The notes: generated by a model from the letters alone, not told the origin. Shown: positions 37,604 to 48,065, numbered from the stretch's first letter. The stretch is 64,000 bases of DNA from Candidatus Nomurabacteria bacterium GW2011_GWB1_43_19 (GCA_000999465.1 LCGB01000003.1:4252-68251); one strand, 5' to 3'. A program made the numbers and translations.

Positions 37604-37867
37604 ATGATGTTTAGAATTTTGGCTTCTGTTTTGTTATTATTTTCAATACTTTTTATGCCTTTTTGGGTGTCGGTTATCTTAGCGCTCGGAGCAATGATTT
37701 ATTTTAACGTTTTTTGGGAAGCGATTTTTTTATTTCTTTTGTCGGATTTGCTCTATGGAGTAAAAGGGGGGAAATTTTTTAGTATAATTTTTCTTTCCTT
37801 TGTCGTGTCAGCCGTCGTTTTGGTTTTGCTAGAATTTACAAAAAGAAAACTGAAGTTCTACAAATAA
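37604..37867 (+). CDS. Hypothetical small membrane protein (possibly MreD-like)
   Basis: 87 aa, three hydrophobic segments, located immediately upstream of PBP2. Confidence 0.4.
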   Translation: MMFRILASVLLLFSILFMPFWVSVILALGAMIYFNVFWEAIFLFLLSDLLYGVKGGKFFSIIFLSFVVSAVVLVLLEFTKRKLKFYK

Positions 37868-39610
37868 ATGATTATTAGAATAATTAAAAAAAATAAAACA
37901 AAAAACGGGAGTTTTTTCGTGGAACCGGACGAGATTTTTCTGGACTCCAAAAATCTGCAAAACTTTAACCGTCAACAGTTTGAAGGACGAATAGAAAGGC
38001 CGATTTCCAAAAAAACAATTTATTTTCTTGGTTTCTTGTTTTTGTTTTTTATTGGAATTTTTGGAATCCGCCTGGTCTATCTTCAAATCCAAAAAGGCGA
38101 GACATATTTTGCACGAAGCCAAAATAATTTTTTGGAAAAAGCGATTATTTTTACCAACAGGGGAATAATTTATGACCGTAACAAGATAGAGTTGGCCTGG
38201 AATAAACCTGCCCGCGATGCTACACAAACCGTAGCAGATGAAAAGACGGAAGAAAAAACAGACGAGACGACAATTCCAATACGCGCATATTTATCGTCCG
38301 GATTTTCGCATTTATTGGGTTATATCAGCTATCCGACCCGAGACAAAGGAGGTAATTATTGGCAAAGTGAATTTATAGGCATAAATGGACTGGAAAAAGA
38401 ATATAACGAAAAACTTAAAGGAGAAAATGGGTCAAAAATAATAGAAACGGATGCGTTGGGAAAAATATATTCGGAAAATATTGTGAATGCTCCCAAACAG
38501 GGGACTGACTTAATAACAACTATTGACGTGCGAATACAAAAAGAACTTTTTGATTTTATAAAAAATTTATCGGAAAATAATTCTTTTGTAGGCGGAGGAG
38601 GTGTGCTTCTTGATGTTCGAAATGGAGAAGTGATAGCTTCTACCAATTTTCCGGAATATAATTCCGAAATTTTATCTCTGGGAAAAGATAGTGAGAAAAT
38701 TAACGGCTATATAAATGATAAAAGAAAATTTTTCCTGGATAGAGTTGTTTCGGGGCTCTATACTCCGGGTTCAATTGTTAAGCCATTTTTTGCCTTGGGC
38801 GCTTTGACGGAAGGTGTGATCGACCCGTATAAAAAAATTCTTTCAATCGGCTCTATTTCAATCCCGAATCCTTATTTTCCGGATCAAAAAACCATTTTTA
38901 AAGATTGGAAAATTCACGGTTGGACCGATATGGCGCAAGCGCTGGCTGTCTCTTCAGATGTATATTTTTATTCAATCGGAGGGGGATATGAAGAACAAAA
39001 TGGACTTGGTATCGTAAAATTGGAAAAATACGTCAGGCTTTTTGGTATTGGAGAGAAAACCGAAATTGACCTGCCAAATGAAACACGAGGTGTAATTCCA
39101 AGTCCGGAATGGAAGATAAAAAACTTTCCGGACGATCCATGGCGCATCGGGAACACTTACCATACCGCTATCGGACAGTATGGATTTCAAGTCACTCCGA
39201 TGGAAATGGTGCGCGCAATAGGAGCTATCGCAAATAACGGCAAATTACTGACTCCGCATTTAATATTGGGTGATGTTGAAAAAGAAAATAAAGTTTCTAT
39301 GATAGATATAGAGAAAGAATATTTTGATGTGGTGCATAAAGGAATGAGACAAGCCGTGACTTACGGTACGGCTGTGGCGCTTGATGTGCCATATGTGCAA
39401 GTTGCTGCTAAAACCGGTACGGCCCAACTGGGTGTCGCAAAAAATAAAGTAAACTCATGGGTAATTGGTTTCTTTCCATACGAAAATCCCAAATATGCAT
39501 TTGTGGTAATGATGGAATCCGGTCCCGCCTCGGGTAATGTCGGCGCAACTTCCGTTATGCGAGCGCTTCTGGATTGGATGTCCATCAACACACCGGAATA
39601 TTTTGAATAA
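37868..39610 (+). CDS. Penicillin-binding protein 2 / peptidoglycan D,D-transpeptidase
   Basis: N-terminal TM and the transpeptidase motifs SIVKP (SxxK), SSD (SxN) and KTGTA (KTG). Confidence 0.85.
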   Translation: MIIRIIKKNKTKNGSFFVEPDEIFLDSKNLQNFNRQQFEGRIERPISKKTIYFLGFLFLFFIGIFGIRLVYLQIQKGETYFARSQNNFLEKAIIFTNRGIIYDRNKIELAWNKPARDATQTVADEKTEEKTDETTIPIRAYLSSGFSHLLGYISYPTRDKGGNYWQSEFIGINGLEKEYNEKLKGENGSKIIETDALGKIYSENIVNAPKQGTDLITTIDVRIQKELFDFIKNLSENNSFVGGGGVLLDVRNGEVIASTNFPEYNSEILSLGKDSEKINGYINDKRKFFLDRVVSGLYTPGSIVKPFFALGALTEGVIDPYKKILSIGSISIPNPYFPDQKTIFKDWKIHGWTDMAQALAVSSDVYFYSIGGGYEEQNGLGIVKLEKYVRLFGIGEKTEIDLPNETRGVIPSPEWKIKNFPDDPWRIGNTYHTAIGQYGFQVTPMEMVRAIGAIANNGKLLTPHLILGDVEKENKVSMIDIEKEYFDVVHKGMRQAVTYGTAVALDVPYVQVAAKTGTAQLGVAKNKVNSWVIGFFPYENPKYAFVVMMESGPASGNVGATSVMRALLDWMSINTPEYFE

Positions 39611-39636
39611 GCGTATTTGTTGCGTTTTATCCGTTT

Positions 39637-39918
39637 TTGGAATACAATATGTGTATGCGTAAAGCAAGAATACTTTTGATTTTGGGAATTTGGATTGCAG
39701 TATTGCCATATTTGGGTTTTCCGTATTCATGGAAAGATGTTCTGTTTACTCTTTCCGGATTGGGGCTCATTTGGTTTAGTTATATGTTATATAGAGGACA
39801 CAAAAAGGAAGAAGGTCAGGGAGAAACCTTCGATAATTTTAAAGAAAATGGCGCTTTTGGCAACAACGAAAACAAAAATGACGTGGCGACGGGAGAATCG
39901 CAAGAACACATAAAATAA
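39637..39918 (+). CDS. Hypothetical small membrane protein
   Basis: Two TM helices followed by a charged tail. No known domain. Confidence 0.4.
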   Translation: MEYNMCMRKARILLILGIWIAVLPYLGFPYSWKDVLFTLSGLGLIWFSYMLYRGHKKEEGQGETFDNFKENGAFGNNENKNDVATGESQEHIK

Positions 39919-39931
39919 AAAATCTAAAAAT

Positions 39932-41143
39932 ATGGAACATTTTTCTAAAACAAAGTATGTTGCGGCTACTGTTTTGTTTATAGCTTTATTTTTTATTTTC
40001 GGCGTCTATGTCGGAGACCAAAATCGCCCGGCAATAGATAAAGTTCTTGGTATTTCCGGCAAAGAAACGGCTGTTGAGACCCAAACGGATTTTTCCCCGT
40101 TTTGGAAAGTTTGGAATACCATTAATGAAAAACACCCAACCGCGAGCAAAACAACCGATCAAGACAGGGTTTATGGGGCAATTTCAGGGTTGGTAGGCTC
40201 GCTAAACGACCCATATAGCGTGTTTTTAACCCCAGAAGAGGCAAAATCATTTGGAGACGAAATAGCCGGCAACTTTGACGGAATTGGCATGGAAATCGGC
40301 ATAAAAAATAAAGTGCTCACCGTCATCGCTCCGCTTAAAGACACTCCCGCCTATAGGGCCGACATTAAATCCGGTGATAAAATTATTAGAATTGATAAAA
40401 CAGACACAATAGATTTAAGCGTTGAAGAGGCAATTAAGTTAATTCGGGGACCAAAAGGAACAGTTGTTACTCTTACCATTCTCCGCGAAGGAACAGAGCA
40501 ACCAAAAGAAATAAAAATTACCAGAGACACTATAAATATACCGACTTTAGACACAGAGTTGAGAGAAGACGGTATTTTTGTAATCAAACTTTATAGTTTT
40601 TCCGCCAATTCCGCCGGTCTTTTCCGTAATGCGATAGAACAATTTGCAGAGGCAAAAACAGACAAACTTCTCCTTGATTTGCGGGGCAACCCGGGCGGAT
40701 ATCTGGAAGCATCCGTAAACATGGCCAGTTGGTTTCTGGAAGGAGGGAAAGTCGTTGTGACCGAGGACTACGGTAACGGCAGGAAGGCGCACGTTTACCG
40801 AAGCAAAGGCTATGATATATTCAATGACAAATTAAAATTCGTAGTTCTGATAGACGGCGGCTCCGCTTCGGCTTCGGAGATACTAGCTGGTGCCCTGCAG
40901 GACCACAGACGCGCTAAACTGGTGGGGGAGAACAGCTTCGGCAAAGGTTCCGTCCAGCAAGTGGTGGATATAACTTCGGATACTATCCTTAAAATCACTG
41001 TCGCTAAATGGCTGACTCCGAACGGAATTTCCATTTCGGAAAAAGGCCTGACTCCGGACTACTTCGTTGAAATAACGGAAAAAGACATCAAGGCGAAAAG
41101 AGATCCGCAAATGGATAAAGCGGTGGAGTTATTATTAAAATAG
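39932..41143 (+). CDS. ctpA: Carboxy-terminal processing protease (S41 family, PDZ domain)
   Basis: A PDZ region, LDLRGNPGG and the catalytic GSASASEI...K arrangement. Confidence 0.85.
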   Translation: MEHFSKTKYVAATVLFIALFFIFGVYVGDQNRPAIDKVLGISGKETAVETQTDFSPFWKVWNTINEKHPTASKTTDQDRVYGAISGLVGSLNDPYSVFLTPEEAKSFGDEIAGNFDGIGMEIGIKNKVLTVIAPLKDTPAYRADIKSGDKIIRIDKTDTIDLSVEEAIKLIRGPKGTVVTLTILREGTEQPKEIKITRDTINIPTLDTELREDGIFVIKLYSFSANSAGLFRNAIEQFAEAKTDKLLLDLRGNPGGYLEASVNMASWFLEGGKVVVTEDYGNGRKAHVYRSKGYDIFNDKLKFVVLIDGGSASASEILAGALQDHRRAKLVGENSFGKGSVQQVVDITSDTILKITVAKWLTPNGISISEKGLTPDYFVEITEKDIKAKRDPQMDKAVELLLK

Positions 41144-41144
41144 G

Positions 41145-41192
41145 TCCATAAGTCAGACATATAGGGATTCCCACATGTCTGACTTATGGGAA
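41145..41192. repeat. Palindromic element, ATGTCWGACAT family, composite tandem pair upstream of rplI
   Basis: TCCATAAGTCAGACATATAGGGATTCCCACATGTCTGACTTATGGGAA. Lies between the ctpA stop and the rplI start. Confidence 0.75.
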
Positions 41193-41198
41193 ATAAAG

Positions 41199-41663
41199 AT
41201 GAAAGTAATATTTTTACAAGACGTAGTACGGGTAGGAAAGAGGCACGACATAAAGGAAGTCAACGACGGCTACGCTATGAATTTTTTGATTCCAAGAAAA
41301 TTAGCCGAACTTGCCACCCCGAGAGCGACCGCCGAACTGGAAAAGAGAATGAAAAATATAACTATTGAAAAAGAAGTGCAGGAAGACCTTTTGATGAAAA
41401 ATCTGGAAGAAATAAAAGGTAAAATTGTTCATATTCAGGCCAAAACGGACGAAAAAGGGCATCTGTTTTCTAAAATTCACGACAAAGACATCGTAGAAGC
41501 GATGAAAAACGAACATCATGCTGATATTAGTAAAGAATTTATCGTTCTAGAAAAGCCAATTAAAGAAATAGGGGAGTTCGATATCCCGATTGAAATACCT
41601 GCCCCGTCCGTGGCGGGGAAGGGCAAAAAATCATCATTCAAGCTTATCATTGAGAAAGAATAG
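41199..41663 (+). CDS. rplI: 50S ribosomal protein L9
   Basis: MKVIFLQDVVRVGKRHDIKEVNDGYAMNFLIPRKLA matches the L9 N-domain. The track ORF starts at 41175 inside a palindromic repeat (MSDLWEIK). Confidence 0.85.
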   Translation: MKVIFLQDVVRVGKRHDIKEVNDGYAMNFLIPRKLAELATPRATAELEKRMKNITIEKEVQEDLLMKNLEEIKGKIVHIQAKTDEKGHLFSKIHDKDIVEAMKNEHHADISKEFIVLEKPIKEIGEFDIPIEIPAPSVAGKGKKSSFKLIIEKE

Positions 41664-41672
41664 ACGATGAAT

Positions 41673-41698
41673 AAAAAATCCCCATTCGGGGATTTTTT
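41673..41698. terminator. Bidirectional rho-independent terminator between rplI and rpmA
   Basis: AAAAAATCCCCATTCGGGGATTTTTT: a GC stem flanked by an A-run on one side and a T-run on the other. The flanking genes are convergent. Confidence 0.8.
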
Positions 41699-41700
41699 AT

Positions 41701-41973
41701 TCATATTATGTTTACTGTTTTTTTGACTATAATTCTGCCATGGAAGGAGGTCTTGCGCTTGGAACCGAATTTGACGGTGCCATCTTTTAGGGAAAAAAGG
41801 GTATGGTCCCGGCCGGTTGATACGTTATTACCCGCCATAATGGGCGTTCCGCGCTGGCGGACGATAATAGACCCGGACTGGGCCTTTTGGCCGTCGGCCA
41901 GCTTAATACCGAGGTATTTTGGGTTTGAGTCCCTTAAGTTTTTGGCGGTACCGCCGGCTTTTCTATGTGCCAT
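41701..41973 (-). CDS. rpmA: 50S ribosomal protein L27
   Basis: [24 protein letters not shown]...GRDHTLF is the L27 signature. Confidence 0.9.
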   Translation of the reverse strand: MAHRKAGGTAKNLRDSNPKYLGIKLADGQKAQSGSIIVRQRGTPIMAGNNVSTGRDHTLFSLKDGTVKFGSKRKTSFHGRIIVKKTVNII

Positions 41974-42041
41974 ATTGTTTTTATGTTAAAATAAAATGCA
42001 ATAGATGAGTAATCTATTACTTAATAAGTATATATCGATAT

Positions 42042-42401
42042 ATGCAAAAAATCAAGCGATTTTGGGAAAGCGAGAAGGGGAAGGATATTCTGATAGTTAT
42101 TATCGTGATTTTAGTAGGCCTGGGATCGTTTGAACTGGGTCGGCTATCCAAAGAAAGCGCCCAGGGAGGCCTAAAAATAGAGTATCCGGGCCTAAATGGG
42201 GCTCAAGAGGCCAATGTGATTTCGACGGCCGCACCCGCAGAAAGATTCGGAAAAAATTTCTTCGCTTCAAATCGGGGAACTAAATATTACTCAATCGGCT
42301 GTTCCGGCGGCAAAACCATCAAAGAAGAAAATAGGGTTTGGTTTTGGACAGGGGAGGAAGCCGAAGAGGCCGGATATGCGCTTTCCGCCTCGTGTCAGTA
42401 A
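42042..42401 (+). CDS. Hypothetical membrane-anchored protein with Ada-type metal-binding-like C-terminal motif
   Basis: N-terminal TM. The C-terminal YYSIGCSGGKTIKEENRVWFWTGEEAEEAGYALSASC resembles the Ada_Zn_binding pattern (F..seeEA..AGYRPC). Confidence 0.45.
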   Translation: MQKIKRFWESEKGKDILIVIIVILVGLGSFELGRLSKESAQGGLKIEYPGLNGAQEANVISTAAPAERFGKNFFASNRGTKYYSIGCSGGKTIKEENRVWFWTGEEAEEAGYALSASCQ

Positions 42402-42559
42402 TCTATATCCACGTCGCACAATATATGTTTGCGGCCACCTTTAGTGTATCTCAAACATTACGTAGATTGTACGTACGTTAAAACGTCGTACAATCTACTT
42501 CAATAATTCATTATTTATTCACAATATGCTGCTCTGCGGCCTATGTGTGCCTCCTTAAT

Positions 42560-42886
42560 TCACTGCGGAAGTTTCAGAGCGTCGCCCGCTTTATCAAAAT
42601 CCGTAGGTTGGCCGTCGCGGATGCGCTCCATGTTGGAAATGAATCCTTTCCAAAAAATATCTATCCAAACATCATTCCAGAGATATGAGACCGGCTCGGC
42701 CAAATAGGCCGTCCATAAGCTTTTAGTGCCTCCGGCGACATAATTTATGTTTTCCTGCCCTGTGGGGCTCTCCACGACGGCTTTGATGCTGATATTGAAA
42801 TAGCTAAGCACTAAAATGATTATAACGGCTAAGACCAGAACTCCAATGATGCTTATCCCCTTTTGGTTGTTGTCCAATTTTTTCAT
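42560..42886 (-). CDS. Hypothetical small membrane protein
   Basis: N-terminal hydrophobic helix GISIIGVLVLAVIIILVL. No classic prepilin G-F-T-L-E motif. Confidence 0.4.
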   Translation of the reverse strand: MKKLDNNQKGISIIGVLVLAVIIILVLSYFNISIKAVVESPTGQENINYVAGGTKSLWTAYLAEPVSYLWNDVWIDIFWKGFISNMERIRDGQPTDFDKAGDALKLPQ

Positions 42887-42923
42887 TTGATTTTAAAAAA
42901 TCACCTACTGGGTCGGGTTATTT

Positions 42924-43073
42924 TTATTGAAAAACTCCGCTAAAAAATGACACAAACCAATTCCAAACTCCGGAAACGGTTACTCCCAAGAATTTCATTA
43001 TGAGTAAAGCAATGATAATGAAAATAATTATTTGCAAAAATCCTTTTTCTTTGTTTTTCATTTTATTTATCAT
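42924..43073 (-). CDS. Possible 49-aa membrane peptide
   Basis: MINKMKNKEKGFLQIIIFIIIALLIMKFLGVTVSGVWNWFVSFFSGVFQ. Below the ORF-track cutoff, with no homology support. Confidence 0.25.
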   Translation of the reverse strand: MINKMKNKEKGFLQIIIFIIIALLIMKFLGVTVSGVWNWFVSFFSGVFQ

Positions 43074-43116
43074 ATGTATATTTTACCACAAATTACCAAA
43101 TCAGGGCAATATTATC

Positions 43117-44394
43117 TTAGCGGAGTGAATAAAGAGGCAAGTAAAGCATTGGATCAAGATGTGCATTGATTGCTGACACTCTAGGTTGAACTAAAGTTTT
43201 ACCGGGATAAGCCCTACTCTCAAAAGAATCCACCTGGACCCCGCTCGATACATACAGCGAAACGTGCAAATGAGGCCCCGTAGAAGAGCCGGTATTGCCA
43301 CTGTAGCCCACCACCTCTCCTCTTCCGACTTTTTGTCCTTCTCTCACGCTAATTAGCGAAAGATGCCCGTAAGCGCTGGAAAGGCCGTTATTGTATTCTA
43401 TAAATATCCACTTGCCGAAAGACGCGCCGGGACAACATATATCCGTATCCCCTATTCCTCTGACCGTACCCTCCGCCATAGCTTTTACCGGAGTTCCAAC
43501 CGCCGCGCGAAAATCAGTACCACGATGAAATCCTCCCCACCTAGGAGCATAAGGCGAAGTAACATAGATACTATCAAGAGGCCAACTCAATAATCGACCT
43601 TTTGGTATTTGTGAAGGGTCTAGAATAAGTTGAAGCTGGGCTTCGTAATCCTGCAATTCTTTTTCAAAAGCGTCCCTTTGGGCGATCCGGTCTTTTAATA
43701 ATTTTTGGTAATTGGCTTCGTTATTTTTTGTCTGCGTTAAAAGCTTATTCTTTTCATTTGTGTTTTGCACGACTATCTTCTGTTGGTCTGAAAGCTGGGA
43801 CTTGAGCTTGGTTAGTTCGTTTTTTGCGTCAATGGTCACCTTTCTGGTATCTTCCAACGCGCCCTTCATTTGTTTCAACTCAACTATATCTGCCCTGATT
43901 CTCTCGCGCACCGCAATCATACTATCTATATCATTCCAAATAACAGAAAAATCATTGTCGGATAATATGGTTTCCACAATGCCTGCCTGTTCAAATTCAT
44001 TGATGTTTTTAATTCCAAGTTTAATGGAATCTATATTGTTTCCTATGGAATTTTCTTTACTGTTTATATCCGAACTCAGGCTTTGTATTTTGAGATTGGT
44101 TTTATCTATTTTGTTTTGCGTTATGGAAATATCCGCATTTAATTTTTTTTTGGTTATATCCAGTTCTTTCAAAGATTTACTTAAAGAACTTTTTTGTTGT
44201 TCTAGACCGTTAAGTTGCGTTTGGTAAGCGGCAATTTCCTGCTCCAACTTCCGGATGTCAGAATCTTTTTCCGATATTTTATTCCGTATCTCGGTGGCCG
44301 TCTGCGCATGGGAAAAAACAACGGGCACCGCCAAAAGAACTGCCAGTAAAACAACAATATTAAACAGCTTTTTGTAGTCGGGATATGGTTTCAT
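43117..44394 (-). CDS. M23 family peptidoglycan DD-metalloendopeptidase with N-terminal coiled coil (EnvC-like)
   Basis: A long coiled-coil region followed by HRGTDF...GNTGSSTGPHLHVSLY (LytM/M23 motifs). Confidence 0.85.
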   Translation of the reverse strand: MKPYPDYKKLFNIVVLLAVLLAVPVVFSHAQTATEIRNKISEKDSDIRKLEQEIAAYQTQLNGLEQQKSSLSKSLKELDITKKKLNADISITQNKIDKTNLKIQSLSSDINSKENSIGNNIDSIKLGIKNINEFEQAGIVETILSDNDFSVIWNDIDSMIAVRERIRADIVELKQMKGALEDTRKVTIDAKNELTKLKSQLSDQQKIVVQNTNEKNKLLTQTKNNEANYQKLLKDRIAQRDAFEKELQDYEAQLQLILDPSQIPKGRLLSWPLDSIYVTSPYAPRWGGFHRGTDFRAAVGTPVKAMAEGTVRGIGDTDICCPGASFGKWIFIEYNNGLSSAYGHLSLISVREGQKVGRGEVVGYSGNTGSSTGPHLHVSLYVSSGVQVDSFESRAYPGKTLVQPRVSAINAHLDPMLYLPLYSLR

Positions 44395-45778
44395 TTTTTC
44401 CTAAAATCTCAGCGATAATAAAAGGGTCCGGGGATTTATCAAGACCCGATAACGCGAAACGGAGAGGGTGTAACAGTCCTCCCCTGCTCTCCAGTTTGTC
44501 CGCAAGAACCATTAACGCTGTTTTAATTTTCTCCTGTTTGAAATCTTTCTCATCCAAAACTTGGAGAATATCTATCGCTTGTTTTAAATTCTCCGATATT
44601 TTTTGAGGTGAAGCATTTTTAAAAATCAGTTTTTCTTTTCCGTATTTCGGCTGCTTGAAAAAGAAATCTAGCTCTCCTTTCCCAGTCATGTCTTTAACAT
44701 CTCCCCACTTGGAAATTCTTTCCAAAATTACCGGAACCAGTTTGGAGTTTTGCATTTCTTTCGGTAAATATTCTAAAATATTTTTTTCTACCTCTTTCGG
44801 CGGGAGCAGTTTGATATGTTCCTTGTTCATCCAATCCAATTTCTCGTCATTCCACTGCGCGCCGGAGCGTTGGATTTTGGCAAGGTCAAAAACTTTAATC
44901 AGTTCCCCGCGGGTGTATATTTCTTTTTCCCCGCCCGGGTTAAAGCCGAGAAATGCCAAATAATTTATCATTGTGTCCGGCAAATATCCTTCCTTCTTGT
45001 ATTCCAAAATATCTTTCGCGCCGTCTCGCTTGCTTAATTTCTTTTTCCCGTCGGCCGCCATAATCGGAGGCGTGGTGACGAAAAAAGGCGGCAGAACACC
45101 GAATGCTTCGTATAAAGACAGGAATTTCGGAGTAGAAGCGATGAATTCCTGCCCCCGCACCACATGGGTCACTTTCATTTCTATGTCGTCCACCACATGC
45201 GCGAAATTATAGGTCGGGTAGCCGTCGCTTTTTATTAAAATAAAATCTTCCAGCGCTTCCTCGCCGGCGGAAAGCTCTCCCCAGACAATATCGTTCCAGA
45301 CCGTGCGCTTGAGTTCCGCTATTTTGAACCGAAGCGGCCGAGTCCCGTCCCAGGCGGGAGGATTCTCCGGCCGGTGTTTCCGGTATAAAAACGGCTTTTT
45401 TTCTTCCTCCGCTTTTTTCCGGAATTCCTCAATCTCATTCTCCGCGTAAGGATCCGCGTAAGCCAGGCCTTTTTGAATGAGCGTCTCCGCGTATTTTTTA
45501 TATAGTTCTAGGCGCTCCGACTGGACATAGGGCGCGTGGGGCCCTCCGATGTCCGGACCCTGGTCCCAATCCAAACCAAGCCATTTGAGCGATTCCTGGA
45601 TGTGTAGAATTGAGCCCTCCACTTCCCTCTCCTTGTCCGTGTCCTCAATCCGCAGGACAAATTGGCCGTTATTTTTCCTGGCGAAAAGCCACGCATAGAG
45701 CGCGGTCCTGACCCCGCCCACATGCATAAACCCTGTCGGCGAAGGCGCAAATCTGGTTACGACTTTTTTATCGGGCAT
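44360..45778 (-). CDS. gltX: Glutamyl-tRNA synthetase
   Basis: HVGG motif region RFAPSPTGFMHVGGVRTALY and KMSKR-like KLSKR. Confidence 0.9.
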   Translation of the reverse strand: MPDKKVVTRFAPSPTGFMHVGGVRTALYAWLFARKNNGQFVLRIEDTDKEREVEGSILHIQESLKWLGLDWDQGPDIGGPHAPYVQSERLELYKKYAETLIQKGLAYADPYAENEIEEFRKKAEEEKKPFLYRKHRPENPPAWDGTRPLRFKIAELKRTVWNDIVWGELSAGEEALEDFILIKSDGYPTYNFAHVVDDIEMKVTHVVRGQEFIASTPKFLSLYEAFGVLPPFFVTTPPIMAADGKKKLSKRDGAKDILEYKKEGYLPDTMINYLAFLGFNPGGEKEIYTRGELIKVFDLAKIQRSGAQWNDEKLDWMNKEHIKLLPPKEVEKNILEYLPKEMQNSKLVPVILERISKWGDVKDMTGKGELDFFFKQPKYGKEKLIFKNASPQKISENLKQAIDILQVLDEKDFKQEKIKTALMVLADKLESRGGLLHPLRFALSGLDKSPDPFIIAEILGKNETISRLQKAV

Positions 45779-45821
45779 AGTGCCATTTTAGCACTTATTT
45801 CCTTATTTTGAAAATTAAAAA

Positions 45822-46952
45822 TTATTTCTCGTGGCTCAAGGCCATATCCACCAACTCTTGGGCGATTTTCTCGGCTGCGCCGCTCTTGCTAAAAGCCTTG
45901 GCATTTTGCGACATTTTTTCATAGTCCGTTTTGTTTTCCGTTATTCTTTCAATTTCCGAACTAAGAATATTGGCGGTCATGTTCATTTCTTCCACGACGC
46001 TGCAGGCGCCCGCCCGCGCGTAATTGAAAGCATTTTTTCTGGAATGGTCGGCATTTGAATTGGTAAAAGGAACCAAAATTGACGGCACTCCCCAGCCGGC
46101 TATCTCAAACAAAGTTGAACCGGCGCGGGAAACAATGACGGTCGCCGCCCCGGCCGCCATTTTCATTTGTAACGAATTTAAATAAGCAACGGGTCGATAT
46201 CTTGGCTTATATTTATCAACAGTAAGCGCAACCTCGGCTTGTCCGGAAACAACTCTAAAGTTTTTTATGCCGGTTTGATGAATGATTTGGTAATTTTTCG
46301 TCAACCTCGGCAACGCGTCAAGAACGGTATTGTTTATCAATTCCGCGCCTTGAGAGCCCCCTAAAATTAAAATTACAGGCACTTTCGGTTCCATTTTAAA
46401 ATACTCCAGCGCTTCTTCGCGTGTTGCCTTATGTTCTATTTCAGCCATTATTGGTTGACCCGTCCAGGCAACAACTTTTTTTGGAAAGTAAGCAGCCGCC
46501 TCGGGAAAAGAAACAGCGACTTTTTTGGCAAAATGTCCGGCCCATTTATTCACCCGCCCGGGAACGGAATCAGATTCGTGAATTATCACGGGAATGCGCA
46601 AAATCCTGGCGGCAAAAATCGTGGGAAACGACGCATATCCCCCTTTACCGAAAACGACATCGGGGTAAATTGAAAACAATTTAAAAATTGCGTTAATAAC
46701 GCCAAAAAAAACTTTCAAGCCATCGGAAAAATTTTTAAATGAAAAATAGGTGCGCATTTTCCCGGTTTTTATTTTTTCAAAATGAAGCCCGTTTTCAATA
46801 AGTATTTCTTTGTCGTAAGGATCGTCGGAAATATAGAAGAGTTTGGCTCCGATGATATGTTCTTTGTCTATTGTCTGATTCACTTTCTGAGCAACGGCGA
46901 TAAGCGGGTAAAAATGTCCGCCTGTTCCGCCGCCCGTAAAAACTATTTTCAT
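45822..46952 (-). CDS. murG: Undecaprenyldiphospho-muramoylpentapeptide beta-N-acetylglucosaminyltransferase
   Basis: MKIVFTGGGTGGHFYPLIAV N-terminus, GT28 fold. Confidence 0.9.
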   Translation of the reverse strand: MKIVFTGGGTGGHFYPLIAVAQKVNQTIDKEHIIGAKLFYISDDPYDKEILIENGLHFEKIKTGKMRTYFSFKNFSDGLKVFFGVINAIFKLFSIYPDVVFGKGGYASFPTIFAARILRIPVIIHESDSVPGRVNKWAGHFAKKVAVSFPEAAAYFPKKVVAWTGQPIMAEIEHKATREEALEYFKMEPKVPVILILGGSQGAELINNTVLDALPRLTKNYQIIHQTGIKNFRVVSGQAEVALTVDKYKPRYRPVAYLNSLQMKMAAGAATVIVSRAGSTLFEIAGWGVPSILVPFTNSNADHSRKNAFNYARAGACSVVEEMNMTANILSSEIERITENKTDYEKMSQNAKAFSKSGAAEKIAQELVDMALSHEK

Positions 46953-48049
46953 ATATGTTTTTGGAATTTAGATATGTTAAGCACTATGCCCACGGCCATC
47001 AGATATACCATAAGCGAGGTTCCCCCTTGGCTCATAAACACCAGCGGAACACCTGTTAACGGAAAAACTCCGGTAACGGAGGCAATATGCATAAATGATT
47101 GCGCCGTAATGAGTATAACAATTCCATAGACTAAAAGTCCACTAAAATTATCGGGAGTCCGACCGGCAATCCGAAATCCGCGCAGAATAAAAAGAATATA
47201 AAGAAAGATGGTAACAAAGGCACCCGCGAAACCCAATTCCTCTCCTAAAACAGCAAAAATGGAGTCGCCTTGCGGTTCCGGAAGATAACTGAATTTCTGA
47301 ACGCTTTGTCCGAACCCCCGACCAAAGACCCCGCCGGAACCGAGCGTAATAAGTGATTGTTGAATTTGATAAGAAGCCCCCTGCGCGTCTTGGGATGGAT
47401 TAATAAAAGTTTCCACCCGTTTTTGAAGATAAGGCGTAGAATAAACCAGAGCTCCGAGTAAAATTGCCAGCCCGAGACCGGCACCTAAAATATATCTAAT
47501 GGGAACACCGGAAACAAAAAGCATTGATACGCCGGTAACAGCAATTAAAATGAAGTTTTTAGTATCGGGTTGTTTGAGTAAAATTAAAGCGATAACCGCA
47601 AGCATTATCCCAAGCGGCAAAATACCGAATCTAAAATCTTGCACTTTATTTTTTACCCAAGACAACCACGCCGCAAAATAAATCACGAATCCGAATTTTA
47701 AGAATTCTACCGGTTGAAATCTGGCAAAACCAAGATCTATCCATCTTTCCGCCCCGCCATGACTCCATCCTAGAGAAGGGATAAAAACCGCCGCCGTCAA
47801 TAATATTGATCCGAAAAAAATCAAAAAAGAATATTTGCGCCAGAATTTATAATCAATTTTTAGGCATAAATACATTCCTACAAGACCTAACCCAAGTCCC
47901 AAAATTAATTGGCTAAAAAGTATTGAGTAAAAAGTTTTTTCATTTTTAGCCAGGACTCCGAGCGACGCCGAAATAAACATGGCAACTCCGACGGCCAGCA
48001 AGAGACCGACAATTATCAGAAAAAACTTATCTACTTTTTTTTCTTTCAT
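46949..48049 (-). CDS. SEDS family peptidoglycan glycosyltransferase FtsW/RodA
   Basis: Ten-TM SEDS protein carrying the PEPQGDSIFA and GGTS motifs. Confidence 0.85.
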   Translation of the reverse strand: MKEKKVDKFFLIIVGLLLAVGVAMFISASLGVLAKNEKTFYSILFSQLILGLGLGLVGMYLCLKIDYKFWRKYSFLIFFGSILLTAAVFIPSLGWSHGGAERWIDLGFARFQPVEFLKFGFVIYFAAWLSWVKNKVQDFRFGILPLGIMLAVIALILLKQPDTKNFILIAVTGVSMLFVSGVPIRYILGAGLGLAILLGALVYSTPYLQKRVETFINPSQDAQGASYQIQQSLITLGSGGVFGRGFGQSVQKFSYLPEPQGDSIFAVLGEELGFAGAFVTIFLYILFILRGFRIAGRTPDNFSGLLVYGIVILITAQSFMHIASVTGVFPLTGVPLVFMSQGGTSLMVYLMAVGIVLNISKFQKHI

Positions 48050-48065
48050 TGCTTTTTCCCGTCTT

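Noticed and set aside
36697-37867. MreC/MreD assignment for the two membrane proteins upstream of PBP2
   Set aside because: The position is suggestive. The 300-aa protein lacks MreC coiled-coil/beta-domain signatures. The 87-aa protein is too short for a confident MreD call. Both are left as hypothetical.
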